A stretch of DNA of 64,000 nt from Candidatus Avedoeria danica (GTDB taxonomy: Bacteria; Chloroflexota; Anaerolineae; Epilineales; Epilineaceae), in NCBI GenBank assembly GCA_016703025.1, contig JADJCV010000004.1:491164-555163 (forward strand). Reading direction: 5' to 3'. Made by a program: the position numbers and the translations under genes. Under the pieces are notes generated by a model. It saw only the letters and a list, made by a program, of their open reading frames with translations. It was not told where the DNA came from and ran no database searches. This document shows positions 63,034-64,000 of this stretch, in pieces (the stretch's first letter is position 1; every line of letters starts with the position of its first letter).

Positions 63034-63990
63034 TCAGGCCCCCAGCGCCGCGACCGCATCGCGCGGCGGCTTGCGCCCCGGCGTCAGCTGGCGGTCGATG
63101 AGGAGCAGCGCGGCGGTCACGACGGCGGCGATCACGGCCAGCCCATAGGCAGCCACATAGCCGTCCGTCGCTCGCACCAGCGCGCCGCCGATGAGCGGCG
63201 CGAGGATCAGCGCGGGCGTGGCGAGGCTGTGGCCGAGGCCGATGTACGCGGGGCGGGTGTGCGCGTCGCCGAACGTGAGGATGTAGACCAACGGGATCAT
63301 CGTGAGGGCGATGTTCGCCGTGCCGGCGAGGACGAAGACGGTGCCCATCCAGGCAAGGGAGGGGGCGATGCCGGCGAGCAGCGCGGCCGCCCCTGCGGCG
63401 ATCGCCCCGCCGGCCATCACGCGCCGGTGGCCGACGTTGTCGGCAAGCCAGCCCAGTGCCGGGCTGAGGACGACCTGGACGAGCGCGAACAGCGCGCCGA
63501 AGGTGCCGATGTCGGACAGGGTTGCACCGAGGCGCGCCTGGGCGTCGACGGCGAAGAAGGCGGCGGGCATGAGCGCGAACCAACCGGCGAGGCGGGCGGC
63601 GACGAAACGGCGGAAGTGCGGATCGGCTTGCCAGACGGCGCGGATGGACGGGGGCGGGACGTTCGTGTGCTTGGCAGTTGCTGCAGTGGCTGCAGGGCTG
63701 CACCTGCTGCATCAGCTGCATCAGCTGCATCGGCTGCATCGTCGACGTCGGATGGGGCAGATGGTGCAGATGCGTCGGATGCGTCGGCCGGGGCTGCCGC
63801 AGGGGTTGGGGCAGCGGGCTGTGTCGGCTCGCGCAGGCGCGACAGAAAACCGTAGGACACGACCATGGCCGCCGTGCCGATGCCGAAGCACGCCGCAAAG
63901 CCCATGCGGCCTGGGGAGTGCTCCAGGATCCGCCCGGCGCCCCAAGCCCCGAGCGCCGCCATCAGCTGCACGGCGCCGACCATGATGCCG
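63034..63990 (-). CDS. MFS transporter (partial, N-terminus beyond window end), reading frame broken inside a 9-bp tandem-repeat-encoded low-complexity central loop
   Basis: ORF 63417..63983(-) encodes TM helices then (DAA)n/(PAA)n loop; ORF 63034..63570(-) plus its upstream in-frame extension (…NVPPPSIRAVWQADPHFRRFVAARLAGWFALMPAAFF…) encodes the second half. Frame change lies in the GCAGCTGAT repeat array around 63690-63740. Confidence 0.55.
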
Positions 63991-64000
63991 ATGAACGCGC

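Overview
High-GC (roughly 68-70%) bacterial chromosomal segment. Coding density is high on both strands, and most long antisense ORFs in the track are Arg/Pro-rich artefacts of GC content. The taxon is not certain from sequence alone; the Cheo-type LexA box, leaderless start and PMP/DUF11 surface proteins fit a Chloroflexota-like or other high-GC lineage.

Coordinates 1-38.7 kb are core housekeeping. On the minus strand sits a 5' part of the dcw cluster (mraZ-rsmH-ftsL-ftsI-mraY, with mraY running off the window start). It is followed by divergent ssb, an NHL lipoprotein, a large secreted beta-propeller protein, a secreted hypothetical, ettA, an O-methyltransferase, sdhCDAB, citrate synthase, an endonuclease-IV-like TIM-barrel protein, an MBL hydrolase, moaD-moaE, lipA, a PHP phosphoesterase, tsaD, a large TolB-like membrane protein, rsmA(ksgA), a YabE-like DUF348-G5-3D protein, a 4.5S-type SRP RNA (ffs), a promoter+terminator-bounded candidate small RNA, a bPH_2 protein, rpmB, moaB, rpmG, a secreted Kelch protein, a LOG-family protein and gcvP.

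Coordinates 38.7-64 kb are an accessory cell-surface locus. It holds a CAP-domain protein with a PT linker, a DNRLRE-domain protein and a CSLREA/beta-helix protein carrying one frameshift. Next is an SOS-box (GAAC-N4-GTTC) controlled, apparently leaderless radical-SAM DNA-repair gene that lacks its usual partner gene. Then come two tandem ~7.1-kb paralogous giant genes (signal peptide, CSLREA-like N-terminus, Gly-rich PMP-type GGAI/FxxN repeats, DUF11 repeats, conserved CPGxPGGFGGR C-terminus), each broken by many independent frameshifts. The locus ends with a secreted CarbopepD_reg + tandem Ig/cadherin-like protein and a partial MFS transporter that has a frameshift inside a 9-bp tandem repeat.

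A ~57-78 bp GC-palindrome-containing direct repeat occurs at both ends of the 19.3-kb rSAM/giant-gene block. No tRNA, rRNA, CRISPR or transposase was recognised.
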